From NCBI GenBank assembly GCA_038727095.1, contig JAVYWK010000008.1, positions 1-64,000 on the forward strand: DNA of 64,000 nucleotides, written 5' to 3'. Position numbers and translations under genes: made by a program. Positions within the stretch are counted from its first letter, which is position 1. Every line of letters begins with the position of its first letter. The DNA comes from Thermofilaceae archaeon (GTDB lineage Archaea; Thermoproteota; Thermoprotei; Thermofilales; Thermofilaceae). The notes beneath the pieces are model-generated. The model was not told where the DNA came from. It did not search any database and saw only the letters and a program-made list of their open reading frames with translations. Positions 27,253 to 36,480 of this stretch are shown piece by piece.

Positions 27253-27873
27253 ATGAGGAAGAGAGAGCTGGAGCTCCTCCTCTCCACAATTCCGCCGCAC
27301 CCAAGCCCGAAGCTGGAGCTGGAGCAGTACGCGACTCCAGTCCACTTGGCTTCACGGCTCCTCTGGGTGGCGGCATTCTCTTTCCACGATCTCCCCGCCC
27401 AAATCGTGACCGATCTTGGAGCCGGAACGGGTAGGCTCGGGATCGGGGCTGCGCTAATGGGCTCCGAATACGTGCTGCTTGTCGAATTGGACCGCGAGGC
27501 CTTGAAGGTGGCCATTGAGGCCGCCAGGCGGTTGGGCGTTGACGCGCGGGTGGACGCCGTTTGCGCCGACGTTAGGTTCCTGACCCTCTCCCGGAGAGCC
27601 CGCTGTGCGCTTCAGAACCCTCCGTTTGGCGTGCATGGGAGGGGGGCCGACGTCGCCTTTCTAGCGGCCGCGTTGAGGTTGGCCGAGAGGGTGTACAGCG
27701 TGCATAAGGCTGAGACCATCCACTACGTACTCGAGAAGTGCCGCGAGAAGGGGGCTGAAGCGACGCTGCTCTTTGAGGACGTAGTCAGGCTCCCCCCCAC
27801 GATGCCGCACCATCACAAGAGGGAGCACCGCGTGAGAGTGGTAGTCGTCAGAGCGGCACCTTTTTCTTCGTGA
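27253..27873 (+). CDS. METTL5-family SAM-dependent N6-adenine RNA methyltransferase
   Basis: LEQYATP, DLGAGTGRLG, NPPFG and YSVHK motifs. Confidence 0.88.
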   Translation: MRKRELELLLSTIPPHPSPKLELEQYATPVHLASRLLWVAAFSFHDLPAQIVTDLGAGTGRLGIGAALMGSEYVLLVELDREALKVAIEAARRLGVDARVDAVCADVRFLTLSRRARCALQNPPFGVHGRGADVAFLAAALRLAERVYSVHKAETIHYVLEKCREKGAEATLLFEDVVRLPPTMPHHHKREHRVRVVVVRAAPFSS

Positions 27874-27888
27874 CGCGTTGAGCGCCCT

Positions 27889-28446
27889 GTGGGTGAAGAG
27901 GGGTTCGCGGTTCCCGGCGATGAACTCGGGGTCATTGAGGAGTACATGCCGGCGCATAACGCTTACGAGTTCGACGGCGTGGTGAGGGCGAAGGCTGTTG
28001 GGCGCGCGAAGCTGGACGCAATCAAGCACGAGGCTCGCGTCGTTGAGGCTAAGCGCCCGCCTCTACCTAAGAGCGGTGATGTCATCCATGCGATCGTCGC
28101 GGTTGTCAGGGACGCTGTCGCTTACGCCGACATCTTCTACAACGAGACAGCGAAGGTGTTCTACCCCGTGCCCTTTAGGGGGGTCATTCACATATCGGAA
28201 GCGAGCAACGAGAGACTGAGGAGCTTACACGAGGTCTACGGCTACGGGGACGTCCTCCGGGCGCGCGTCCTATCCCGTAAACCACCCTACATGCTCTCAA
28301 CTAGGGGGCCTGAGTACGGCCTCCTCCTCACCCGTTGCCCAAAGTGCTTGACACCGCTGAAGAAGAAGGGGCTCTGGCTCTACTGCCCGACGTGCAGGAG
28401 AACGCACAAGAAGAGGAAGATTTCAAGGTACTACGCGTTGAGATGA
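27889..28446 (+). CDS. csl4: exosome complex component Csl4
   Basis: VPGDELGVIEEY, S1 domain, Zn ribbon CPKC...CPTC and RKIS. Confidence 0.9.
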   Translation: MGEEGFAVPGDELGVIEEYMPAHNAYEFDGVVRAKAVGRAKLDAIKHEARVVEAKRPPLPKSGDVIHAIVAVVRDAVAYADIFYNETAKVFYPVPFRGVIHISEASNERLRSLHEVYGYGDVLRARVLSRKPPYMLSTRGPEYGLLLTRCPKCLTPLKKKGLWLYCPTCRRTHKKRKISRYYALR

Positions 28447-29078
28447 GCGCGAGAAGGAAGAGAGTGATAACCCTCAAGTTCGCTTCGGCCAGCGAAGCGG
28501 CAGAGTTCCTCCAGTATGCACTTACGAGAGTCGAGAATTTAGCCGCTGAGCAATCAGGCCCTTCGCTCAAGCTCATCCTCCTAGCTCCGCCCGTGAAATC
28601 CGAGGAGGATTACCGGAAGCTTATAGCACTCCTGAAGGAGTGGAGGACGTCTAGGCAGGCTCCGAGGAAGGGCTTCTTCAGGCATAGCATCGGCCTCCTG
28701 CTAGCCTCCGCCAACCTTAAAGCGGGCATACCGTTAGCGGCACTTGCTGATACGCTGACCCTCATGGGGTACAAGGCGCGCGTGGATGGGGGGCACCTGG
28801 TCACGAACGCTCCCTTCAAGCGAGCCGTAGAGGTCGCAGAAACCTTTTCTGCGAAGTACTCTGAAGCCTTCGAAACCCCCGCCGCCCCTCTAGCGAGGAG
28901 ATTGGCGGCGGTGTTAGCTACGGCGCTCGACCTCACCGTGGAGGAAGCCTTCGAAGAGCTGCAGCGCTTAAACATCGTGAAGGTGGACGAGGAGAGCGGT
29001 AAGTACGTGCTGAGCGTCAACTACGAGGAGGCCTTGAAACGGCTCTCCAACCTGGATTCAGGCTGCCAGGCACGGTAG
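28443..29078 (+). CDS. conserved archaeal protein (DUF2067-like)
   Basis: ATG overlaps the csl4 stop; sits between csl4 and rpoL as in the crenarchaeal cluster. Confidence 0.65.
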   Translation: MSARRKRVITLKFASASEAAEFLQYALTRVENLAAEQSGPSLKLILLAPPVKSEEDYRKLIALLKEWRTSRQAPRKGFFRHSIGLLLASANLKAGIPLAALADTLTLMGYKARVDGGHLVTNAPFKRAVEVAETFSAKYSEAFETPAAPLARRLAAVLATALDLTVEEAFEELQRLNIVKVDEESGKYVLSVNYEEALKRLSNLDSGCQAR

Positions 29079-29110
29079 GTTTTTTACCTTCGAGTTGCCA
29101 GCGCGTAGCC

Positions 29111-29404
29111 GTGGGCGAGGAGCTCAAGATATCGATCCTACGCAACGAGCCTAACCGGTTGACACTCAAGGTGCGGGGGGAGGACCATACCCTCCTCAAC
29201 CTGCTCACGGAGGAGCTACAGAAGGATGGGAGCGTAGTGTTCGCCGCGTACCGTGAAGAACACCCGCTCACCCGCGAGTATACCTTGACGATCATCACTG
29301 ACGGGAGCAAGGCACCCTTCGACGCGCTCGCAGAGGCTGCAGCCAGGCTAAAAGAGCTCTTCGAGGAGCTTAGAGACCAGTGGCTCCGAGCGGTTGAGGG
29401 ATGA
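29111..29404 (+). CDS. rpoL: DNA-directed RNA polymerase subunit Rpo11 (L)
   Basis: GEDHTLLNLL and FAAYREEHPL motifs. Confidence 0.93.
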   Translation: MGEELKISILRNEPNRLTLKVRGEDHTLLNLLTEELQKDGSVVFAAYREEHPLTREYTLTIITDGSKAPFDALAEAAARLKELFEELRDQWLRAVEG

Positions 29405-29766
29405 AGGTTTCAGCGAGCCTGAAGGAGCTGGCCAAGCTGGGGGATGCCATCGTCAACTTCACGGTATCGGCAGCATTGACCCTCCGCGACGGGAGGCCGT
29501 GGGGCGTTAAGGTCCCTGACTCCGTGCTAAGAGCGGCTTCGAAGCGGGTGGGGATTCGCAGCCTCGGCGCGTTGAAGCCGGAAGACGTGCTCGAGGCTGT
29601 TATCGCTTACGCCTGGCTCAAGGGCTTCAGCGTCGAGGAAATGGTGAAGATTACATTAAGAGGGATGGAAAAGGGAGGGGTCGAGGAGGGGCTGGCGATC
29701 CTCACTCAGCACCTCTCACCCTACGTAAGGGAGCTTCTTGCGCTGAGAGGCGAGTCCCGCGTATGA
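29401..29766 (+). CDS. archaeal RNase III-like protein
   Basis: LAKLGDAIVNF and DVLEAVIAYAW motifs. Confidence 0.7.
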   Translation: MKVSASLKELAKLGDAIVNFTVSAALTLRDGRPWGVKVPDSVLRAASKRVGIRSLGALKPEDVLEAVIAYAWLKGFSVEEMVKITLRGMEKGGVEEGLAILTQHLSPYVRELLALRGESRV

Positions 29767-30230
29767 TTGCTCACGCAGTGCTCTGCTTCCTGCTGCGCGA
29801 CGGAAAGGTGCTTCTAATCAGGAAGAAGAAGGGTTTCGGAGCCGGCAAGCTAGTGGGGGTTGGTGGTCACATAGAGCCGGGCGAGACACCCGAGGAAGCA
29901 GCGGTACGGGAGGTTTACGAGGAGGTTAACGTTCGCGTAAGCTCGCTAGTTAAGGTGGGTGTGCTCACGTTCTACTCGGCATCCGACGAGCCTGACTGGA
30001 TCGTCCACGTCTACCTCTCTACAGACTTCGAGGGCGAGCCTAAGCCGAGCGAGGAAGCTGAACCGCACTGGTACGCGGTGGATCAGCTGCCCCTCGAGGA
30101 GATGTGGGAGGACGACAGCGTCTGGCTGCACCACGCTCTCTCAGGGGACTTCGTGGTCGGCCGCTTCTGGTTTGACGCCGAGTACAAGCGCATGCTGAAG
30201 TGGGAGCTGTCTCTGGACGCTAACGCCTGA
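29763..30230 (+). CDS. Nudix hydrolase, 8-oxo-dGTPase (MTH1-like)
   Basis: KKKGFGAG, Nudix box GGHIEPGETPEEAAVREVYEE, MWEDD. Confidence 0.88.
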   Translation: MIAHAVLCFLLRDGKVLLIRKKKGFGAGKLVGVGGHIEPGETPEEAAVREVYEEVNVRVSSLVKVGVLTFYSASDEPDWIVHVYLSTDFEGEPKPSEEAEPHWYAVDQLPLEEMWEDDSVWLHHALSGDFVVGRFWFDAEYKRMLKWELSLDANA

Positions 30231-30513
30231 TTCCCGCGTGCTTGAGGAGGTCGCTTATCGTTGCGAAGGTTTTGCTTGAACCGGCTTCATCCACCGCGAT
30301 TTCCTCGATAGAGAACGAGGAGAGGACATCGTGTGGCGGGCGTGAGCCGAAGGCCACCTGCCAGGGGACTCTTCTTCCCGCCGCATCAACCGCTTCAACG
30401 TACCTGCTGATCAAAACAGAGTACTTCAACCCCTTGAACTTGATCCTCACCCTCCTCGAACCGGAGCGAGCCCAATTAACGAGAGCCTCTAGCTCCCTCT
30501 GCGTGAGGGTCAT
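30220..30513 (-). CDS. hypothetical protein
   Basis: 97-aa ORF 21 bp downstream of rpoG on the same strand. Confidence 0.6.
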   Translation of the reverse strand: MTLTQRELEALVNWARSGSRRVRIKFKGLKYSVLISRYVEAVDAAGRRVPWQVAFGSRPPHDVLSSFSIEEIAVDEAGSSKTFATISDLLKHAGIRR

Positions 30514-30534
30514 CGACTCTTCCGCGGATCACGC

Positions 30535-30876
30535 TTATTTTACCTTTTCCAACCTCCTGAGCTTCAAGTAGACTTTCTCCAAGGGTTTCTGCTCCGGGCC
30601 CATCACTGTCAGGAGGAGCCCTCCGAAGGTATACGCGATCTTGCCCTCGCTAGCCTTCAGCGGCTTCCCGGACATCACGATGTCCCACTCATCCGTGCTC
30701 CCCAGCTCCTCTCCAAGCACTAGCTCCACTTCGTCCCCCGCAGCCGGGCGCCAACCAACCTCCTCGAGGATCTTGATGGGCACTTCCAGGGAGGCGGTGA
30801 GGCCCTCGCCCTCCATCACCAGCAGTGCGACATCCGCGTAATCATACTTCTCCACCTTAGCGACCTTGAGCTTCAC
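30535..30876 (-). CDS. rpoG: DNA-directed RNA polymerase subunit Rpo8 (G, Rpb8 homologue)
   Basis: OB-fold size; DIVMSG...YTFGGLL motif; divergent from the Lsm gene. Confidence 0.75.
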   Translation of the reverse strand: MKLKVAKVEKYDYADVALLVMEGEGLTASLEVPIKILEEVGWRPAAGDEVELVLGEELGSTDEWDIVMSGKPLKASEGKIAYTFGGLLLTVMGPEQKPLEKVYLKLRRLEKVK

Positions 30877-30966
30877 AGGTGGGGTTTGACCTCCAGTTTT
30901 TATAACTCATGCTGTTGCAAGCAAAGCTATTAAAAACGGTTTTGAGGGACGCTCGGTGACCGGAAC

Positions 30967-31410
30967 TTGGCTTACGTCGATACCGCGACGAGGAGGTTTA
31001 CCTCCGAGCTTAGCTCCCTGCTCGACAAGCACGTCGTAGTGCGAACCACCGATGGGCAGAGCTTTGAGGGCACCCTACTCGGCTATGAAACCTCTAGGTA
31101 CAACATCGTACTCAAGGATGCGAGAGCCCCAGGCGGCGAAACCTACCCGAGACTCATCATATACGGTCACGCGATCGCGGAGATTAGGCTAACCGAGCCC
31201 CCGCTCGACATGGAAGAGCTCGCCCGGCGCCTCGAGGAGATTTTCCCGAAGATGGTGAAGTACGTCCCTGAAGCACGGGTAATAAGCGTCATGGATAGGA
31301 TTCGAGTGACCGATAAGGGGGTTGAAGGCACAGGACCGCTAGCGGATAGAGTGAGGAGCATCTTCGAGAAGTTCGTTGAGGAGTGGCGCGCGAAGCATAA
31401 AGTGGTATGA
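30967..31410 (+). CDS. Sm-like protein with C-terminal extension (SmAP3)
   Basis: Sm1 FEGTLLGYE...NIVLKDA and Sm2 IIYGHAI; C-terminal GVEGTGPLADRV domain. Confidence 0.85.
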   Translation: MAYVDTATRRFTSELSSLLDKHVVVRTTDGQSFEGTLLGYETSRYNIVLKDARAPGGETYPRLIIYGHAIAEIRLTEPPLDMEELARRLEEIFPKMVKYVPEARVISVMDRIRVTDKGVEGTGPLADRVRSIFEKFVEEWRAKHKVV

Positions 31411-33014
31411 GCGACTGCTTTGAGATTGAAGAGGTCGACCTCCTAGGCCGTGTGGGACGGCTCAAGACGAAGCACGGAGTCGTTAGAACCCCAGCCCTAG
31501 CCCCGGTTATCGACCCTGCTAGAAACGTCGTCCCCCCTAGCGAAGTAGCCGGCCTGGGCTACCAGCTCCTCATAACCAACGCCTACCTGATCAAGAAGAG
31601 GTACGGAGATGTAGCGACCGAGATGGGGGTTCACAACCTCCTCGGCGTAAACGCGCCCGTAATGACGGACTCTGGCGCATACCAGCTGATGGAGTACGGG
31701 GAAGTAAGCGTCGAACCGCTCGAGATCGTCGAGTACCAAGTTAAGCTGGGCAGCGACATCGGCGTCATCCTCGACATTCCGACCAGGCACGGGCTGTCGC
31801 GCGAAGTTGTTGCCAGAGAGGTGGAGGAGACGTTGAGAAGGGCTCGAGAAGCGTTGAGCATCGAGCGGGGGTCCATGCTCATAGTGGGACCGGTTCAGGG
31901 GGGCTTGTACTTGCACATTGTCGCTAGGGCTGCGCGCGAGCTGGCTCAAATGGACTTCGACATTTACGCGGTGGGTGGGCCAGTGCAGCTGATGATCAAC
32001 TACGAGTACCGCGATCTGGTGCGGCTGGTGATGACGGCCAAGATGAACCTCCCCCCCGGCAAGCCCCTTCACCTCTTCGGTGCCGGCAACCCCCACATGC
32101 TGGCGCTCGCAGTTGCGATGGGTGTCGATACTTTCGACTCAGCCTCCTACGCTCTCTACGCTAGGGACGGCAGGTACATGACGCCCGAAGGGGTCTACAG
32201 GCTGGACGAGCTGAGCGAGCTACCCTGCGAGTGCCCCATCTGCTCTAAAGTAACCGCTGAAGAGCTCAAGGGTTTACCGGCACAGGATAGAGTCTACAAG
32301 CTGGCTGTCCACAACCTGTACGTCCTGCAGGGGGAGTTGAAGAGGGTCAGGAACGCGATAAGGGAGGGGAGGCTCTGGGAGCTGCTGGAGCTGAGGGCGA
32401 GGAGCCACCCCGCTCTCCTGAAAGCCTTACGGGAGTACGAGAGGTATGCGGCCTTTGTGGAGAAGTACCACTACACCACGAAGGCCCGCGTGAGCGGTCT
32501 CTTCTTCTACGATTTAACGAGCCGCGGTAGGCCCGAGGTCTTTAGGCACTTCGCGCGAATCAGGGAGCGCTACGAAGCCCCGGCTTCGAGCGTTCTCGTG
32601 CTAATCATGGAGACTGAAGCGAGACCGGCTGCGAGGTTTACGTGGGTTGGGGAGTTCGTTAAGAGGGTTACGAGCGACGAAGCGCTAAGAAGCAAGGTGT
32701 GCGTAGCGACGGTCACGAGCCCCTACGGGGTCGTCCCCATCGAGCTGGAGAGCGTCTATCCTCTCGCGCAGTACGAGACGGCAATCCCTCTTGATGACTA
32801 CGCGGTTGCAAACGAACTAGCCAGCGATACGACCTGGTTCGTCACTGGGGTTGGGGGCTACCGGGCCGTCGTTATCGCCTACGAGCGCGGCCTGGAAACT
32901 GCCGCTAGAATCGCTGAGAAGCTGCGTAAAAGAGGCGTGAGGGTGTACACGAGGCGTTACTCAAGCGTGGAAGACCTGGTCAACTTCGTGAAGCTGGCGC
33001 TTACGCTCATCTGA
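31407..33014 (+). CDS. tgtA: archaeosine tRNA-guanine(15) transglycosylase
   Basis: TNAY, TDSGAYQ, GPVQGG, HLFGAG, DTFDSASY, CECPIC...HNL motifs. Confidence 0.93.
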   Translation: MSDCFEIEEVDLLGRVGRLKTKHGVVRTPALAPVIDPARNVVPPSEVAGLGYQLLITNAYLIKKRYGDVATEMGVHNLLGVNAPVMTDSGAYQLMEYGEVSVEPLEIVEYQVKLGSDIGVILDIPTRHGLSREVVAREVEETLRRAREALSIERGSMLIVGPVQGGLYLHIVARAARELAQMDFDIYAVGGPVQLMINYEYRDLVRLVMTAKMNLPPGKPLHLFGAGNPHMLALAVAMGVDTFDSASYALYARDGRYMTPEGVYRLDELSELPCECPICSKVTAEELKGLPAQDRVYKLAVHNLYVLQGELKRVRNAIREGRLWELLELRARSHPALLKALREYERYAAFVEKYHYTTKARVSGLFFYDLTSRGRPEVFRHFARIRERYEAPASSVLVLIMETEARPAARFTWVGEFVKRVTSDEALRSKVCVATVTSPYGVVPIELESVYPLAQYETAIPLDDYAVANELASDTTWFVTGVGGYRAVVIAYERGLETAARIAEKLRKRGVRVYTRRYSSVEDLVNFVKLALTLI

Positions 33015-33063
33015 AACCGGCCGCGAGCGGTAGCTCGCGATCGGCGGCGGAAGGGTGGCCGCA

Positions 33064-33801
33064 TTAGACGTAGAACGTCGGCACGCTGGGAGTCCTGCTC
33101 TCCCGGCCCATCCTCTTGCGGAGCTCCTCAAACTCGCGCTCCAGCCGCGCCTTCTCTTCGGCCATTCTCATTAAATCGCTCACATCCACTTCTACTTGTA
33201 GCACGCGGGAGATGAACTCGACGGCCGCCTTGGCCGCCATCGGATCGATCGAGCTCGGATCGGCATAGGGCAGCACAGCCACTGCGGGGAAGTCATGGGC
33301 CTCGTAGTACGCCAGCATGGCTGCTAGGGGTCCTACGATCGACAGACCCTCCTCGAGCTGCTGCAGCCCTTTGACGAGGTTGTCATAGCGGGCTAGGAAG
33401 GTTCTGGTAGCAGCGTACCTCATCGTATTTCCGCCCTTCCTGTAGCTGGCGTCGAGCCCCCCTACCAGCAGTGCAACTTTAGCTCCGCCAGCCACGCTGG
33501 CCTCAGCGAGCTTGTAGGGGATGCGGATCAAGTCAGCTTGGGGGAGTGGGACGTTCGGCAGGAAGACGACCGCTAACCCCACATCGTACAGCTCGTAAGG
33601 TGTGATAAGGCCCTCGGGGCCGGCATTCACGACTTGAGGCATGTATGGCGAAACCACGTAACCGATCTTCCTCCCGCCGAGAGCCTTTACGAGGTGCCTA
33701 GCAGTCAAGTACCCGACTAAGCCGAAGCCGTGGTAGCCTGCCACGAAAACCTTGTTTGCGAAGGCGTCGCTCTCGACTCGGACCTCCACCCTAAGAGGCA
33801 C
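33064..33801 (-). CDS. PAC2-family proteasome assembly chaperone-like protein
   Basis: GYHGFGLVG, GGL, IVGPLA and DPMAA motifs. Confidence 0.85.
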   Translation of the reverse strand: MPLRVEVRVESDAFANKVFVAGYHGFGLVGYLTARHLVKALGGRKIGYVVSPYMPQVVNAGPEGLITPYELYDVGLAVVFLPNVPLPQADLIRIPYKLAEASVAGGAKVALLVGGLDASYRKGGNTMRYAATRTFLARYDNLVKGLQQLEEGLSIVGPLAAMLAYYEAHDFPAVAVLPYADPSSIDPMAAKAAVEFISRVLQVEVDVSDLMRMAEEKARLEREFEELRKRMGRESRTPSVPTFYV

Positions 33802-33846
33802 AGGTTCACCCGACCGTAAAGTTGCGCGCCGATCTTAAAAAGCCAC

Positions 33847-34230
33847 TCACTGAATCAGCACTGCGTTGACTACGCCGTCCTGCCCGGGCCTCGACGTTAC
33901 AACAGCCCTACCCAGCTCCGTCTCTACGATCGCGCCCCTCGTTATGACCCCCCTCCTGTCGTAGTCCTTGCTGCTTGGGTTGGAAACAACCCTTAGAATC
34001 CTCACCCTCCTGCTCTGCCCCGTCTTCGGGTCAACAACGTTGGCATGCTCGGCGAACTTGAGCTTGATCTTTAGGTTTCCGCCTCGCGTCCTAACATGGA
34101 TCCTGCGCTCCGTGCCGGGCAGCGTCTCGATCGGAGGCCTCCCCATCCAGTACCTCCTCTTCACTTTCACGTGCCTACCCTTTAGCCCGCCCGTGATCTT
34201 CCTCAGATCGTTGCCCTGGTAAATGCCCAT
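33847..34230 (-). CDS. rps8e: 30S ribosomal protein S8e
   Basis: RKITGG, RTRGGN and TSRPGQDGVVNAVL motifs. Confidence 0.97.
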   Translation of the reverse strand: MGIYQGNDLRKITGGLKGRHVKVKRRYWMGRPPIETLPGTERRIHVRTRGGNLKIKLKFAEHANVVDPKTGQSRRVRILRVVSNPSSKDYDRRGVITRGAIVETELGRAVVTSRPGQDGVVNAVLIQ

Positions 34231-34282
34231 ACGCTCGCCTCTCTAACGCCCACTTTAAAAACCTTGGTACCTTAATTACAGC

Positions 34283-34597
34283 GTGGAGGAGGGTAGGAGG
34301 CCGGTCGTGCTCTGGCCCGTCTACTTCGATGCTACAAAGAGCAGGTCCGCCCGACGCCGCGTCCCCGCGAGCCTGGCTGTGAAAGGCGTGACGCCGGAGG
34401 ACTTGCTTAAAGCGGCGCAGGCAGCAGGCTACAGGGCGGAGCTGGACGCCAGCGCTAAGCACCCTGCTACGTGGTTCGAAAGTAGCGGCCGAGTTTTAGT
34501 GTACACCGATGAGCGCAAGAGCCTCGTCATAAGGAAGGTGGCAGAGCAGCTCAAGAAGCTGAAATCTGAGAGGCCCGAAGCCCCACGTAAGCGCTAA
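34283..34597 (+). CDS. srp19: signal recognition particle protein Srp19
   Basis: LWPVYFD...SRSARRRVP, KHP and GRVLV motifs. Confidence 0.9.
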   Translation: MEEGRRPVVLWPVYFDATKSRSARRRVPASLAVKGVTPEDLLKAAQAAGYRAELDASAKHPATWFESSGRVLVYTDERKSLVIRKVAEQLKKLKSERPEAPRKR

Positions 34598-36480
34598 ACC
34601 CCCTTTAACGCCTTCTCCAACTCCTCGCTAACGAGCTTGTTGATCAGAGCTCCATCAACTCTCCCTCGGAGCTTACGCATGACCGCGCCCATTACTTGAC
34701 CGAAGGCGGCGCTGCCTCTCTCCCTAACTAGGCTCTCCATCTCCTTGATAATCCCCCGGATAACCTCCCTCGCCTCCTCCACCGGGAGGGGGGTTAGCCC
34801 GAGGATCCTTACAGCCTCTTCGGCTGTGAGGGAGGGGTTCTCGGAGAGCTGCTTGAGAACCGCCGGTATCGCCTCCTTCACAAGCCCTCCTTTCACCACC
34901 AGCCTGAAGACGTCCACCAGGTGCTCGTCGCCGAGGTTCTGGACGGGGACTCCGTCCCTCCGCAGCTCGACGAGAGTCCCCTCCAGCGTGGAGGCGACGA
35001 GGGTCGGCAGTGCTCCAACCTCCGCTACGATGCGCTCGAAGAGGTCGAGCCTGTAGGATCGTAAGAGCTTCCTGGCCAGGTCGTGGCTCAGCCCGTACAC
35101 CTTGACGAAACGTTCGAACTTCGCTTCGGGCGGTTCGGGAAGCTTCAGCTTGAGCTCCTCCAGCAGCTGCGTGGGGATGGGGACCGGCCGAATGTCGGTC
35201 TCCGGGTACATCCTCGCCCTACCCGGCATCGGCCTCATGAACCTCGTTGTGCCGTCCGGGTTCGCGGCTCGCGTCTCCGGCGGCACCCCCTCCAGAGCTT
35301 CCCTCGCCCTCTCTAGCACGGCCTCGATAGCCCTTTCCGCCTTCCGCGCCTCCTCGAACACGAGGACGAAGGCGTCTCCCTCGCCGCAGCTGAGCGCCTT
35401 GCGCACCCCCAGAACCTCATCGGCGCTAATCCCGTACCCGGGCAGCTCATCGCTGTGGAAGAGCCCGCCCACCTCAGCCCAGTAGCGCGCCCTATCGGCC
35501 ATCTCCGTGCCCAGCCGCCGCCCGGGTTGGAGCTCCCGGGCGAGTAGGCCTGCGAAGCCGGGCAGCTTTACTGCTAGAGCTACTCCTCCGCTCGCCAGCG
35601 CCTTTCTAGCTACGCGGGAGCTCGTGTCTCTGAACAGTTCGGTGACATCCACTGCCCTCTGGTTGAGGGCCTCCGCCGACACGCCGCGCCTCCTCAGCTC
35701 CTCTCTAATCTCGAGGAGAGCCTTCTGCCTCTTCACCTCAAGCTCAACGACCCTGGGGATCAACTCGAGCTCCTGAACCCCCTTCACTTCGACCCTCGCA
35801 CCCCCCTCCACCGAGATGTTCAAGTCCTGCCTAATCGTCCCCAACCCCCTCTTCACCCGTCCCGTCATGCGGAGCAGCTGGCCGATCCTCATCGCTGCTA
35901 AGCCCGCCTCCTCGGGGCTCGTTAGAGCGGGGGCCGTCGCGATCTCCACCAGCGGGATCCCGAGTCGATCCAGCCGGTACACGACCTCGCTCCCAGACTC
36001 CCCCATCTTCCTCGCCGCATCCTCCTCCAGGCAGACGGTGGCAATGGGGACCCTCTTCCCCTCCACGTCCACCCAGCCGTCCATGCCGATGAGAGCCGTC
36101 CGCTGGAAGCCTGTGGTGTTCGACCCGTCGATGACGATCTTCCGCATCACGTGGACCTCGTCGACAACCTTGCAGTTGAAGGTGAGGCAGATGAGCAGCA
36201 CAGCCTCCAGCGCCTCGCGGTTGAGGGGGTGCGGCGGCTCCTCGTCCATCTCTACCAGGCAGGTGTTATCGAGGAACGACTCGTAGGCGAAGATCCTCCC
36301 CTTCGAGTACTCGAAGACCGCCGCGGGGTCCAGCTCCCCCAGCTCGCTCCTCGCGAGCCTCAACCATCTCCTGTACGTGAAATCGGGATCGTCCCTCCTC
36401 AGCTCGGTCGGGCAGCTGCAGAACAGCTTCCCCCTCGTGTCGAGCATCTGGTGGATTTCGAGACCCACTCGGCAGCTCAC
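34594..36480 (-). CDS. gatE: Glu-tRNA(Gln) amidotransferase subunit E
   Basis: GLEIHQ, KLFC, DGSNTTGFQRT, DRLGIPLVEI, GTIRQD, RMYPETD. Start placed at GTG 36480, overlapping the gatD stop. Confidence 0.95.
   Translation of the reverse strand: MSCRVGLEIHQMLDTRGKLFCSCPTELRRDDPDFTYRRWLRLARSELGELDPAAVFEYSKGRIFAYESFLDNTCLVEMDEEPPHPLNREALEAVLLICLTFNCKVVDEVHVMRKIVIDGSNTTGFQRTALIGMDGWVDVEGKRVPIATVCLEEDAARKMGESGSEVVYRLDRLGIPLVEIATAPALTSPEEAGLAAMRIGQLLRMTGRVKRGLGTIRQDLNISVEGGARVEVKGVQELELIPRVVELEVKRQKALLEIREELRRRGVSAEALNQRAVDVTELFRDTSSRVARKALASGGVALAVKLPGFAGLLARELQPGRRLGTEMADRARYWAEVGGLFHSDELPGYGISADEVLGVRKALSCGEGDAFVLVFEEARKAERAIEAVLERAREALEGVPPETRAANPDGTTRFMRPMPGRARMYPETDIRPVPIPTQLLEELKLKLPEPPEAKFERFVKVYGLSHDLARKLLRSYRLDLFERIVAEVGALPTLVASTLEGTLVELRRDGVPVQNLGDEHLVDVFRLVVKGGLVKEAIPAVLKQLSENPSLTAEEAVRILGLTPLPVEEAREVIRGIIKEMESLVRERGSAAFGQVMGAVMRKLRGRVDGALINKLVSEELEKALKGV

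Noticed and set aside
33017-33044. Hairpin CGCGAGC-GGTA-GCTCGCG between convergent tgtA and PAC2 genes
   Set aside because: A single short GC hairpin without a U-tract or repeat copies; not enough to call a terminator or ncRNA.
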